Shown here piece by piece: positions 50,801 through 62,778 of a DNA stretch of 64,000 bases. The notes below the pieces were generated by a model. It did not search any database. It had not been told where the DNA came from and saw only the letters and a list, made by a program, of their open reading frames with translations. The stretch is taken from assembly GCA_977020255.1 (NCBI GenBank), contig CDROCS010002540.1, positions 496,001 through 560,000 of the forward strand, given 5' to 3'. Every line of letters starts with the position of its first letter. Within the stretch, counting starts at the first letter, position 1. The DNA comes from Obrimoposthia wandeli (Eukaryota). Both the position numbers and the translations under genes were made by a program.

Positions 50801-53800
50801 TATCAGTTTTGAGAACAATATTGAAAATTGTATTATTTTTACCTTTTTGTTGGGATTTTGAGTCTGAGTTGTTTTGTTTTCTGAAATTTCTTTACAGTTT
50901 CCATAGATTAAAAATACACCTTTTATTTTCGAAACAGACTTAAAGAAAACGTCAAGGACAATGTATATTACTTGAATGTGGCCCTATGTATCTCTAAAGA
51001 AAATGTCTACTATGGCCAAATTAAGCTATTGGTCCAGTATGTCCAATTCAGTATCTTAGAAATAAAGTGTCCTACAGCTGTTGTACTTATCAAAACTTTC
51101 CGTATATATTTCGGTAAAACATAAACACTGCTTGACCGGAGAATAGCCTTGAATGATTAACCAATGACATTCTCTTCAAGGGCCAAATAACATCCCTCGT
51201 AATTTAAACACACACATTTGTTTAATCGACCATTAAGCTTAACAGCTGCTTCATCTGAGAAACAATCATATTACATAAAAGCTGGATTATTGAAATTAAT
51301 TGCTGTATATCCCCACCAAAGCTCTTTCCTGCCAGGTAATCATAATCTGAAAGTTGGGGTAATGGTATCTCATGATATGTCTTAATTTTTGAAGTATATT
51401 TCAGGGTGTTTTGTACTGTTGGGTTTTTCTATTTGAAGCTCTAATTCATAATATCATTTTCCATAATAATCTATTCAGTGTCTACCCCGCGATATAGTTT
51501 TGTTGCACGCAATGTTGCATAAAAATTATTATTAATCAGGATAAAAAACTGTCCCTAAAAACTTATTTTCTGTACATGGAAAATTTGCATGCTAGATTGT
51601 GTTATTCAGGATAAATTTAAAAAGAATTTATAATAAAACCGTATCAAATTTAGTTGAGCACTCCGTTATAGTTTTGTATTTTACATTTTTCAAATACAAA
51701 GAGAAAGTAAATATATTATAGTAAAACTTGCCCGATAGCACATCCGGGTAGGCGGAAAACAGAATGATTCCAAAGCAGAAGCTCATGAAACATGTCACGA
51801 GAATCCACAAATAACTGGCCAGAGTCAGACACATAATATTCTGGAAGAGAAAAAAAACAATTAAAAAAAAGTACTAATAAAATTGAACATTTAATGAAGC
51901 CCCATCTGCTACCAATCAATACCAGAATTGAATTCAATATCCTATTTGTTATCAAAAAATGAATTCTCACAGAGAAGCCCAACTGCTTATATGATACACT
52001 CGAGCCGTGTGCAGTGAGCATTTAAACTGTGTTTCTTCTCATAAACACTCCCTGGAAATGTGTAAACGTTTATAAATGCCTTAGCTCTAATAAACACCTT
52101 TCCTAAAATCCATTATATATGGGTATGCGATTATAGTTAGGTAGTTATAAAATTGTATGGCTCCTTTTATAAAGTGAAAATTGTACTTCCATATAGATTT
52201 AAACAATAACAAATTTTAATATAATATCTCATTCAACTGGTGCTTTCTAATTTGTTTCTGTCAAATAACGTAACATAAAAAGAGTTAACTATACGATCCA
52301 AGTAAAATTAACAGCATGAGATTACTTAAAGGCACACAAAAAGTTAAATGAGATAGCATGAACCTTCAAAGTTGTTCGTAAACGTATAATAAATTGGAGG
52401 AGTAAAGTTGAAAATTTAATAAAGCAGGGAACAAGTTGCGGTGAATTCACAAAAATGAATTACCAGAGGAGGCAAAACAGTTCTTTCAAATCAAATAGAA
52501 CAATGGTTAAGAAATTGAATTTGCCCTGCGAGAGAAGAGATTACCAGTTTACAGAAAAACAATTCAACTAATGGCAATGAATTGATCACTAACGATGATG
52601 AGGAAAATGGAGATACCAAAAAAGTTCAAATCAAGTAATAGATAGTTGAATAAATTCATAAGTCATGGAGGATTTGCTGTACATAGACACACAACTGTCT
52701 CACAACAAAACAAATTTGATTTACTACATTCCAAAATTAGTAAACTTTATTTGCTATCTTGAACGATAGAGAAATATGCAACATTTGACATTTTTGTATT
52801 GGATGAAACTTCAGTATGAATAGACCAATCGCCGAAATTACTGTTGAAAAAAGGTGTAAAATCAGTTCCGAGAAAGTCAATGGGACACGAGAAAGTCTGC
52901 CTAACTTTTATTCTTACAGCCAAAGCTGTTACAACTTAAATGAAGCCCTTTGTCGTCATTCTACAACAAAAACTGAACATCAAAGAATCACCAATAGAAT
53001 GTCATGAATGATATGGTATTTACAAGCACACAAAAAAGAATTATGGATGATGATACAACAAATGATTACCTTAAAAATCTCTTTTTCTAAAATACTTTTA
53101 GTTTGGGACTATGGGAATATGCTCACAACGTTCCTAATATTGCCAATTGAACCAGAGATGCTTGGAACAACATTCCAACAAATAAATAATATCTTCAATG
53201 AAGACATAGAAGATGATTCCGATAACCACAAAATTGAATGTTTTAAGTCTGATGAGAATAAGTTTGGGTTAACACTTCTCAATGAAAACAGAAGCGCAGC
53301 TGCTGTAACTATCACACTAACTGAATAGGATAATGAATTTGAAGTTGATGACGACAGAGAGAGGGAGACTAAATATGGCTAAGATTGTGAAAAGTAGGAT
53401 TCAGATGAATCAAATTGAGCACTATTTGACATTGTTTGTAATTAGGTAAATGTTATTTGGTTATGTACCAGATATTTGTACGTAGGTTTGTAGGTACCGA
53501 GTTAGCTAAGAATCTATATCAAAGATTTGTGTTATTCTTAAACAATTTTTTTTCTTCAAATTTTTATTTGGATGGACGATAGCTAGGCAACCTAGATTGA
53601 AAATTAAATAAAAAATAGGTTAAAAACATATTAAATAAATAAATAATTTACCTCTAATAAACACCTTAAAAATTTATAAATGTTAAAAAACGACGAGATG
53701 TTTGTTATAAGAAATGCGGTATACATCTTTGGAGCAACGGTGATGACTGCGATTGGCCAAGAAATTCTCAAATAACAAACAGAGTTGTGGAATATTTGAA

Positions 53801-56800
53801 ATTTATGCTCCGATTTTTTACGACAATTTACTGATGAATTTTAAAGAAGTTCAAAAATTCAATAGCAGCTTAAGACTTTACAATTTAGGAAATATTACAA
53901 CGAATAATGGAAAACAAAAAGCGCTTTTGAACAATAAATAATAGATCTATTAGATAATAGAGCAATATTAAAATGTATTACTGTATTGTTATAAATTAAA
54001 ATAAGTTAACAGAAAAATTATCTTAACACAATTGTTTGACATATTTTTATTTAATGTTAAATATATGTCAAATTGATCATTAAAAGTTAATCCAATAACA
54101 TAGAAACATAAAAAACTCATTAACAAAATTCATATTACATCAGATAATAACATACTTTAATAACATTTTACGAATGGATTTACGAATATGAACTGTATTA
54201 TTTTATGAAAGTCACATTGATGAAGGAAAATTACAATGCGTTCCATAAAAATGGCATTTTTAAATCTATTTTACAACACAAATTAATAATCTAAATATTG
54301 CAAATTTATAATTTAGTTTCACTTTTCGATGTGATTTACCTTATTGGAAATTACAGGTTCAAGTCTTTTTGGTACCGAATTTACCACTTTTTGAAGCAAG
54401 CCTTGATTAATATTTTAACACATTATTTTATCGTCGATTTTAATGAATCTAGAGTATCTATTGATTTCATGTTTACTTTATATTTCAGTTAACCTCAAAA
54501 GAAAAAATTCATTTGGGTTGAACTCTGGGGAATGAGGTGACCACGAGAATCAGAATGATTACTTAAAATGTAACTATTTGAAAATATCTTCTTTTATAAT
54601 CCAATGGCTTCTTGTTGAAAAGTGAATAATTTCTAAGTCAGATATGATATTACATAGTTCATTAGCATTTTAAGATATTTGAATCCATTTAAAGTTCCAT
54701 TAAAATAAGTCTTATGTGAACCCACACCAATCCAATACCTTCTCTTCATGTAACGCTTTTCGTACAGTAACATTAGATCAAACACTACCTCGGATAGATT
54801 TAACTTCTCATTTTATACTGAAGTAGGCTTCATCTGTCCATAAAACATTATTCAGATGTAAATGTTGCAACGCCTATTCAGCAAACATAAAACGAGATTC
54901 ATAATCATGTGGTAATAATTCTTGATCTGTACAGTTTGAACATTTTGCGACGGAAAACCAAAGTTTTACTACAGACAACATCACTTGCAATTAATTATAT
55001 TTATGTCCAACCATTATGATTATTAATAGTTTGTAGTTTAACCACATCTTTAATTTTATCGCCAATACTTTCAATTTTAAGGAGTCTGCTACTACCGTAT
55101 GCCTGTCAAATTTCCCTAGTCCCTCATCAAACTTTTTCATAGTTCTAATGGTATGTTATTGTTGAAGCAATGTTTAGTAGAGAAATGTAAGCAGAAATTG
55201 TCTCACATGAGTAAAATATAAATGGGCAGGTTTATGTGCGGTTTCTGGAAATCATGCAACTGAAATTCAGCCATATCCAACCCCATGGGATGGAGAAGGA
55301 GCTGAATGGTTCATGATGAAGCTGGGCTTCAATTAAGAACTCCATTTCTGGATTCAAAGGAACAAAGAAACAAACATGCTTCTTATTTGCCCAAATTTCA
55401 TCTTAGACCAGGTTACTTAGAAAGTTAGATAACTTGCGTAGTCAATACAGTTTTTGTTGATAAAGATAAATTTTGTATTTCCCTTTTAGTACATTGTGCT
55501 ACATTAATCAACCAAAGGAATGACGTATATTTCATGAAATAAAACTTAGTTTTCATGTGTTATAGATGTATTATATATCTTGATTCGACTCTTTTTAGTT
55601 CCGGGAAACCCATTATCAAAATTTCTGGACATAAATTCTTATCTATACAATTTATTTACATATGTTAAAATCGATGAAGAAGATTCTTGATAATTTCATT
55701 CCGAGTTGGAATCGACCGGAATTTTTAAAATATTTCTTATACAAAAAGTAATACTTTTAATTTTAAGTAGTAAATTTAGATAACTTTTCATTATTTGTAC
55801 AAATTATAAAATAAAAAAAAATAAAAATTATTGCCAGAGATTAAATAAATATTTTACAAAATCTTATGAAAAAATTTACATTATTTTAATTTTTTAAATT
55901 TACTGGTAGAGCAATTTTATTTTAAATTAATATATGCAAAAGTAAAAAACTCACAAATACGGTGCAGCATCTTCCAATTTTAGTTTTCCGAGATCCTTCG
56001 AAGAACCGTTTGCGGTTGTAACCAGTGGAAAAGGCAGCCAGAAAATATGACATGAGGATGAAAATGACACTGGAAATGATGATGCCATAGACCGCATAGC
56101 TGATGAGATGGTTGTACTGTTTGCTGCACAGAATCATGGACAACTCCCATCATAATGACGATGATTTCTTCATACACAACAATTTTTATTTACACGTTTT
56201 CATAAGAATTAACGTGTAGAGCATCAATCTATATTTTATCAAATGAAATCGACCAAAATTGATTAAATTATGTAAATCTTGTGAAGATTTTCGGTACCAA
56301 CTTCCAAATATGTCTCATTCAACATTAGAGAGCACGAAGTGAACAATTTAATTGACAGATAAATGGTGATCACAAAGTAGTTGAAGGGGTTTAAATTTCA
56401 AAAAAGATAATGGATGGAGGCAAATGATTTATTTGTCAACATTTTTAGCATTTAAAACATTTATACATTTCTGCAGACGTTCTTGAAAAGTTAAAGTGGC
56501 ATTTACGCATATTTTTGCTGTGATATTTTGTGATTCTGATGAAATGAAATCTTTCGGCTCTTGAATGATTTTCGGTTTATGTCGGTAAATCATTGTAATA
56601 AGATATCCACACGCGGAAATGTTCAAATGAAACAGGTCAAGGTACCTTACAACCTAAATCATTGAATCACCTCTCCCGAACTAGTGTTTATGAAATGTGA
56701 TGTTAAAAATATATTACTACGAGTGCAAAATAAGCAAAACTTATCTTATTGGAAAACAGCACAGTTGATGGTATGATCAAATAAACAACGTTGTAATATG

Positions 56801-59800
56801 TTCAGATATTTGGATACATTGACATTTTCTTAAAAAGCGAAAGGGCCATAAACTCTTGTGCTCGACATCACCATCCTCACATAAACGTTTGGAAATGAAT
56901 TATACTTCTGGTATGTCTCACTTGCTTTTTCAGTGCCCCAAATTGGACAGGTGTGTCAATGGACAGCACCATCTAACCGGAATCTTCATTCATCAGGAAA
57001 AATTAAGTTTTGAAAATTTACTTGTGTTTGATAACAATTTGAACTGGAAGTGTTTTTCATGCAGTTCTTGTGTGATCTAAAGTTTGCATGTAATAGAACG
57101 TCTGAACAAAAATTTTGAGAACTCTGAATCCATTTCTTATCGATGCTTTTGGGGTAATTTTGGAGGTTCTCGTACATTTATTCTTTTATTTCGTCGTCAA
57201 TTGAGGAACATATTCATATTAATGTCACATGAAATAGTACGGAATTGTCCGAAACTTTGTCATTGATGTAGTTTTACTTTATGAAAACGTATATAAAAAT
57301 ATTAGAGCAACAACCTTGTTTCTCAGATGGTTTAGATCAGCGGTTGCCAAGCCTTTTGAAAGGCGTTCAGTAAAAAAGGAAAACTTTCGATCCAACCTTT
57401 AAAAAAATTAGTAACACATTTATATTTATTAATTCAAAAGCTTATTTTAATAAACAGTAAAGTCGTCGGCTGCTTATTGAATTTTTCAACATTGCTAAAG
57501 TTTTTATATCAATCAATAAATTGTTATAAATATTTATTGTAATACATTTTTTGATATTATGTAGGACCTTGAATTCAATTCTGGCATTGATCAGTAACTA
57601 ATGGAGCTTTATTAAATGTTACTTTTACTGTCAATAGGAAATTCACATGTATATGAAAAGGGAAGCGGTAAATTGAAAAATATGAATGTCTTTTAAGATT
57701 CAGATTCTGAGCGTGTTGATACATTGTTAATATTGCTAAGAATAAAATTGAAAATGGTTATAATAAATATTGTTCAAGGCTCCGCTGAAATTCGATATAT
57801 AGTTAATCGTCACTTTAACAAATCTATTCGTTCCAAGTGCTTGTTCGTTAAGTGGGAGTTTAATTTACATAGACGCACTGTAAAAACCGTGGTTACGTTT
57901 TCGCTGATGAAATTTGACATTAAAAATATTAATAAATGTTAAATAAGGGCAATAAAACTATAATAGAGGCATAAAAGTATTTAATACATCATAGAAATAA
58001 CAGTAAAGCAAAATATAATAATCATAGATATAAAATATATTTCCAAAATATTTACCATGCATAATAAGAATACAAATTATATGCTTCTCATTGCAGTTTC
58101 ACATTCGTCATTCGACTTCTTTCTCGTTTGTATTCTGTTCTTTTGACGTCGATGGAGTAGATATCGCATCTATTTTCTTTATGAAAAATTCATCAAGAGC
58201 TTTTTGTTTAAAATACTTTTTTATCTCTTTTTAAATTTCACGATAGCAAACTATTTATTAGTTTAAATCTGCAGCAACCTTTCTACTTCTACTTAATTAT
58301 ATATGTTTATCATTTTTTCTAATTATTTTGGAAACAACTTTGCTGCTTCATGATCGGTTCTCGCTGCTTCCCTTTGAATTTTTATATTGTGCCAACCAAC
58401 TTGGTTTTTATATTGATAAAACCAGCCATTGCTTGCAACAAATGTTTCTTCATATTTACCTTCACATTTAAATTTTAGTGTCCTTAAAAGCGATTAGGCT
58501 TTCGCGGAAATAACAGAATGTGTATGTTTAAACGTTGGGTTTGATCTGCTATCCATGCTGACAAAAATTTTTCCAATCTAGAAATTAGACTCGACACAGC
58601 TTGATTTTTGACTCTCGTAGATCGCAGGGGACAGGCCTTTGTAACTTCTTTTAGAATTTTTTGTTTATCTTTTATGATCGTACAAATCGTTGATTTTCCC
58701 ATAGAATATTTTGATGCAAGTGCTGTATTTGTTACGGCTTCTTATTCAGTTATAATATCATATTTCATTTGTAATGTTATTGATTTTTGTTTCTTTCTAC
58801 TGCGTACCGCCGCTTTTTGGGACGTTTGGGTCGTCTATTTTCTTTTTGTAAAATCTTATTTTTACTATTTTGATTATTTAAACAACTTTCAAATTCAATT
58901 TTATTTGAATTACTTTTGCGCATTTTTCTATTTTGTTTGTTAATGCGGCAGTTCATTAAGCGGGAGTTCGTTAAGTGAGGTATTGCTGTATACGAAATCT
59001 ATTTCGTTCAAAAGAGATATACATTGTAAGTTGCAGTAGAGTTTTTCACATACGTCAATCTGCGGTCAGAAAAAATAATAGGCAAATATCAAGACTGGTA
59101 TGAAATGCAATAAGTCAAAAAATGGAAAGTCTCCAAAATAAAGCTTAAAAGAACTAAGAAAATAATAAAAGAGATCCGACAAAATATCCTTAAAGTACCA
59201 TTTCAACAAGATTTGAATCTATCTTTATCTAAATATCTGTACTTGTTGAAATTTTAACAAAAGAGTATACTGCTGGAGTAATTTCATTTTTATGTTAGAA
59301 ACCAAAGAAAATTACAAGTACAAAGATATGATATTAATCGTATGAATATGGCCGCGTTGAGAAATCTGTAACTAAGGTAAATGGTTTAAAGTTCTAGGAA
59401 ACTATCGAAGATCATTCTGAAATATAATTAAATAGATTAATCATAGGAGAAAATAGATGAACAAACTTTCAGATGCAAATGTCATACAGTTGGTGACTTG
59501 AAAATAATTTCTACGAGGTATCGTTATGATGTGTTGGTACATAAATTTTATGTCCTCATAGAAATGAAAAAATATGTTTTCATAAAAACATTACCAATGC
59601 AATCATTGAATCGGTAGTTCGGGATATTCTAAAATTAGTAGTTAATATTTCGTTTGGGAATAAAAATAATGATAATAATATACTGACATTTCACAATAAC
59701 AAACATAGAATTAGGGACTAATTTAATTGTTCTCTGAAAATGGACAAATGGCGTAATAGCTGTAGTGGTCATTGAAAGTTGAGTATGACCTTGTGGAGTT

Positions 59801-60487
59801 TGTGCTATCGAAAATCAGTTACAAGTCAGTCAATCCTGATTTTCCCTAATCAATGACATAAATTGTTTACTTCATATCGACGTTGATTACTAGTTAACTA
59901 GTGTTTCGTTTGTTTATGTTATTTTGTAGATATATAAAGAAAGTTAAAACCCGATAATCACACGTACATGAAAACACCGAAATTATCAAGACGCGAATCG
60001 ACCGAAACACTGCTGGACGACCAAATGTAATTGGTGAAAATAAATAAAATAATATTTTATCATAATATTGAAAATAATTTTGTTAATTTTTCCAGGTACC
60101 TTTTTGGGTTAGTTATATTACAGATTATACACCTTACAGCGGAAAATTACGGAAACATTATATAAGTTTTTCTATGCCAAACTCTTTTAACTTTTAAGTG
60201 AAAACATTGTTCCAACTTCATTGTCTAATCTTAAAGAAAGTGAACCCTGATTTGAAAAGGTGTTCTAAACATCATGATCGGGAACAAACTGTTTGACATG
60301 ATAAACTCATTGTTTGTCTTCAGGATACAGTTGTGTCTGTGCATACTTACAGACTGCTCAGCTTCTTGGATAGCAAAATGTTGCCGCTACTGAAGGCGCC
60401 CACCCCAATCATCACAATGATCATCCCCAACAGCGAGGCAACAGGTGAGTTCCGCAAGCAGCCGGTACAGCCTTTTTCTGCAGACAT
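47731..60487 (-). CDS. M6: Proteolipid protein family (PLP/DM20/M6) tetraspan gene; at least 6 exons: 60487-60351, 56123-55955, 51840-51732, 50919-50843, 49805(or 49834)-49673, 47829-47731
   Basis: CxxCLxxxPxASL-x8-GVxxF in TM1; YAVYG...STG...GRCC; LWILVTCF; a Cys-containing second loop; NF motif after TM4. Phases agree at four of five junctions; exon 4 to 5 is unresolved. Confidence 0.85.
49673..49805 (-). CDS. M6: M6 exon 5
   Basis: LATLCYAVV...EIILAGVALGGSITAILGF, then GTGAGT donor (phase 0). Confidence 0.8.
49880..50050 (-). mobile_element. mariner-like C-terminal relic inside an M6 intron
   Basis: FIAEVFNDVTPDILKKIFSNFEKRLNKCII. Confidence 0.55.
50843..50919 (-). CDS. M6: M6 exon 4 (candidate)
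   Basis: Phase-1 start gives GVFLIYGNCKEISENKTTQTQNPNKK, ending AAG|GTAAAA. Weak A-rich acceptor and lower GC than the other exons. Confidence 0.55.
50950..51580 (-). mobile_element. mariner/Tc1-like relic filling M6 intron 3
   Basis: HYPNFQIM; FSDEAAVKLNG; EENVIG motifs. Confidence 0.55.
51732..51840 (-). CDS. M6: M6 exon 3
   Basis: Strong polypyrimidine-CAG acceptor; NIMCLTLASYLWILVTCFMSFCFGIILFSAYPDVLS; ends G|GCAAGT. Confidence 0.85.
52300..53400 (+). mobile_element. pogo (DDE_1) transposase relic inside M6 intron 2
   Basis: LDETSV...KGVKSVPRKSMGHEKVCLTFILTAKA...KPFVV; ILLVWD. Confidence 0.8.
54470..55150 (-). mobile_element. mariner/Tc1-like relic inside M6 intron 2
   Basis: LLPHDYESRFMFAE...NVLWTDEAYF...WCGFT...FQQE...WSPHSPEFNPNEFFL. 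Confidence 0.75.
55955..56123 (-). CDS. M6: M6 exon 2
   Basis: TGTGCAG acceptor fits phase 2. KQYNHLISYAVYGIIISSVIFILMSYFLAAFSTGYNRKRFFEGSRKTKIGRCCTVF, then GTGAGT donor. The 5' boundary is less certain. Confidence 0.88.
56430..57280 (-). mobile_element. mariner/Tc1-like relic inside M6 intron 1
   Basis: NLIFPDE*RFRLDGAVH*HTCPIWG; C-terminal FQERLQKCI. Confidence 0.7.
57338..57560 (+). mobile_element. hAT-type terminal fragment
   Basis: CAGCGGTTGCCAAGCC terminus preceded by GTTTAGAT. Confidence 0.4.
58130..58990 (-). mobile_element. Tigger-like pogo element, internally deleted, inside M6 intron 1
   Basis: TA-CAGCAATACCTCACTTAACGAA terminus; GKSTICTIIKDKQKI...LEKFLSAWIADQTQR; C-terminal KQKALDEFF. 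Confidence 0.8.
59690..60030 (+). mobile_element. Possible piggyBac relic
   Basis: Weak similarity only (..LSRRES.ETL..). Confidence 0.25.
60351..60487 (-). CDS. M6: M6 exon 1
   Basis: MSAEKGCTGCLRNSPVASLLGMIIVMIGVGAFSSGNILLSKKLSS, then CT|GTAAGT donor (phase 2). Confidence 0.88.
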
Positions 60488-61129
60488 TCGGCAACGTCAA
60501 CGTAAACTAATAGACCCTTCCTAATCGGCAATAGCAGATTCAAGTAATTTTATCATTCAAATTTTGTATGTTTAAAGTTATTCAAGATATAGCTAAATAA
60601 ATACACAACCATATAAATTGAGGCTGTCAAACTGGACATTTATTTTTGTTACCCACGAAAACTTATAAAATGAATTAAACAAGTGGTCGTAACTAATGGA
60701 TATAAATCTTTCTGCTATAATGAATGTTCACAATCAATAAATCTTAATCTTGAGATATTAGTCGGAGGCAAACGATCGCAAACGATGGTAAAAGTGTATT
60801 AAACCAGTCCTGTATAAAATTTACTAATTCATATTTTATCTCTATATTGTTATTGTCATTGTAAATTATAATATCTGGACTTTCATTATTATTTCTATGC
60901 ATTTTAATTGTATTATTTATCATCCATATATTTTAGTTTGATTATAATTTCGTACAAGCGAAGGAAGAAGCTACGTTTTATCGCGATTCATTTTAAAGCA
61001 CTCTTTTTATAGTGATACATTTTATAGCGAATTTCATTTTATAGTGGTTGATGTGGTAACGATTTATTTCAATGCGTAATTTTAAATTTATTTTATATTT
61101 ATTTTTAAAACTATTAATTGTATACTTAT

Positions 61130-62621
61130 CAATGATACGCACACGAGAAAAGAAGATGCCGCACACGGTCTTTTATTTTAGCGCACACACTTAAAATTCT
61201 TTTTGTACCAGGCACATCATTCTTTTGTTTTGGGATTTAAAATATGTAAATGATTGGTCATTTATTAAAGATTATAATTTTGTTTACTATTTATATTAAA
61301 AAATTATATTATATTATTAGATTTTATTTTTGTTTAAATAATGAACATTACTAAAAAATTATTTTTTCAAATTCTTTACTCATTATATGCCTGCCGATAA
61401 GAAACGTAGAAAAACAGCTTCGACATTCAAAGAAGATTGGCTAAAAGTAAGTGTTAAAACCGCGACACCCAAATCACATGAAGAAATAGATGTGCTATAA
61501 AAAGAAATCTTCGAATATAATGAAAGAAAAGGAATTAAATGTTATTATTGTTGTGAAGCTCAGGTTGACGGAGAATTTTCATATGGAAAAAGAGGTAATG
61601 ATGATGTATGGAAGCTTGATTTTTTGAAAAGACATTTGAAAAGTAGAGCACACTTAAATGGTGTACAAAAACTTAGAAACCAAAATCCTTTATTATCTCC
61701 TCGTGGATTAATGAAAATAATATACGAGTCTTCTGAAGTAAAAAAGAGAAATGATACTCGAGTGGATGATATTTTAATTCTTATTGACAACGTTTTGTTG
61801 GCTGTAAAAATGAATAATTCTATGCTTTCCGTACAACATATTAATGACCACATGGCTAAATATGTTCATGTGCCGGAAAATTGGCGCAGTAAAAATTATG
61901 CTTATGATTTTTTGGAATGTATTGATATTGTGATTAAGAAGGAAGTTATGGATGAAATAGCTTCTGCCAATTTTCACACGCTCACAGTGGATGAAAGCAC
62001 AGACATATCCGTGAGAAAATGTCTAATTTTATATTTTAAGTACAGAGACAATACTAACGAAACACTCTGTGAATATAAGACTCGATTTGGAGGAATAATT
62101 CAACTAAAATTATGTGACGCTACATCAATTGTTGAAGCTATAAGAGAATTTTCAGACATGGTAGATTTTGTATTTCAATATGAACAATTTTCAGAGTTGT
62201 CTAAGCTGATGGACATCGGCGGGACTTTCTTGGCCTCAAGTGTTGACTGTGAACGTGGATTCAGTTTGATGAATTCCATTAAAACCAAGCTTAGGAGTAG
62301 TTTAGGAGAAGAACATTTGGACATTCTTATGAGGACAAAGTCCTATTTACAAGATGGGTATGAAGTAGACAAGGCAAAAGTTTACAAAGCGTGGATAAGT
62401 AGGAAAGATCGACGAGAAAAGAACTAAGAAAAATGTTTTTTAAATATAAATTGGATAATGTTTATTTCTGTTATATTAAAGTATGTAGTTATATTAGTAA
62501 TATTAAAAATTGGTGTCAAAAATTTTATAAAATATAGCGCACAAAAATTTTAATTTTTTGAAAACAGCGCACAAATCTCAAGTTTTCCGCACACGAGTAA
62601 AAAGAATTAGCGGGAGCCCTG
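61130..62621 (+). mobile_element. hAT element (ZNF862/C17orf113-like transposase), internally deleted
   Basis: The right end is GCGGGAGCCCTG with gcacac subterminal motifs. The left TIR was not found. Confidence 0.8.
61387..62427 (+). pseudogene. hAT transposase reading frame with one nonsense codon (61498-61500) and an in-frame internal deletion
   Basis: ATG at 61387 is in frame with ORF 61624. TTF-type finger KCYYC...LKRHLKSRAH; LTVDESTD; SSVDCERGFSLMNSIKTKLRSSL. Confidence 0.85.
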
Positions 62622-62778
62622 CTGATAGATATTTAAAATTTTAATTTATAAACAGAAATTTTTAATTTTTAATTATTATATAAAAAATAACCTCTACGAA
62701 CACTTCGGAACAATAAGCTTACAGAATTTAAAACATAGAACCCTGCAAATAAAAACTAAACAATGTTATTATAATTAT

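Noticed and set aside
51716-52021. 101-aa minus-strand ORF as a separate gene
   Set aside because: It overlaps M6 exon 3 in another frame and spans the polypyrimidine tract.
55980-56177. 65-aa His-rich ORF
   Set aside because: Alternative frame of M6 exon 2.
60333-60524. 63-aa plus-strand ORF
   Set aside because: Antisense to M6 exon 1.
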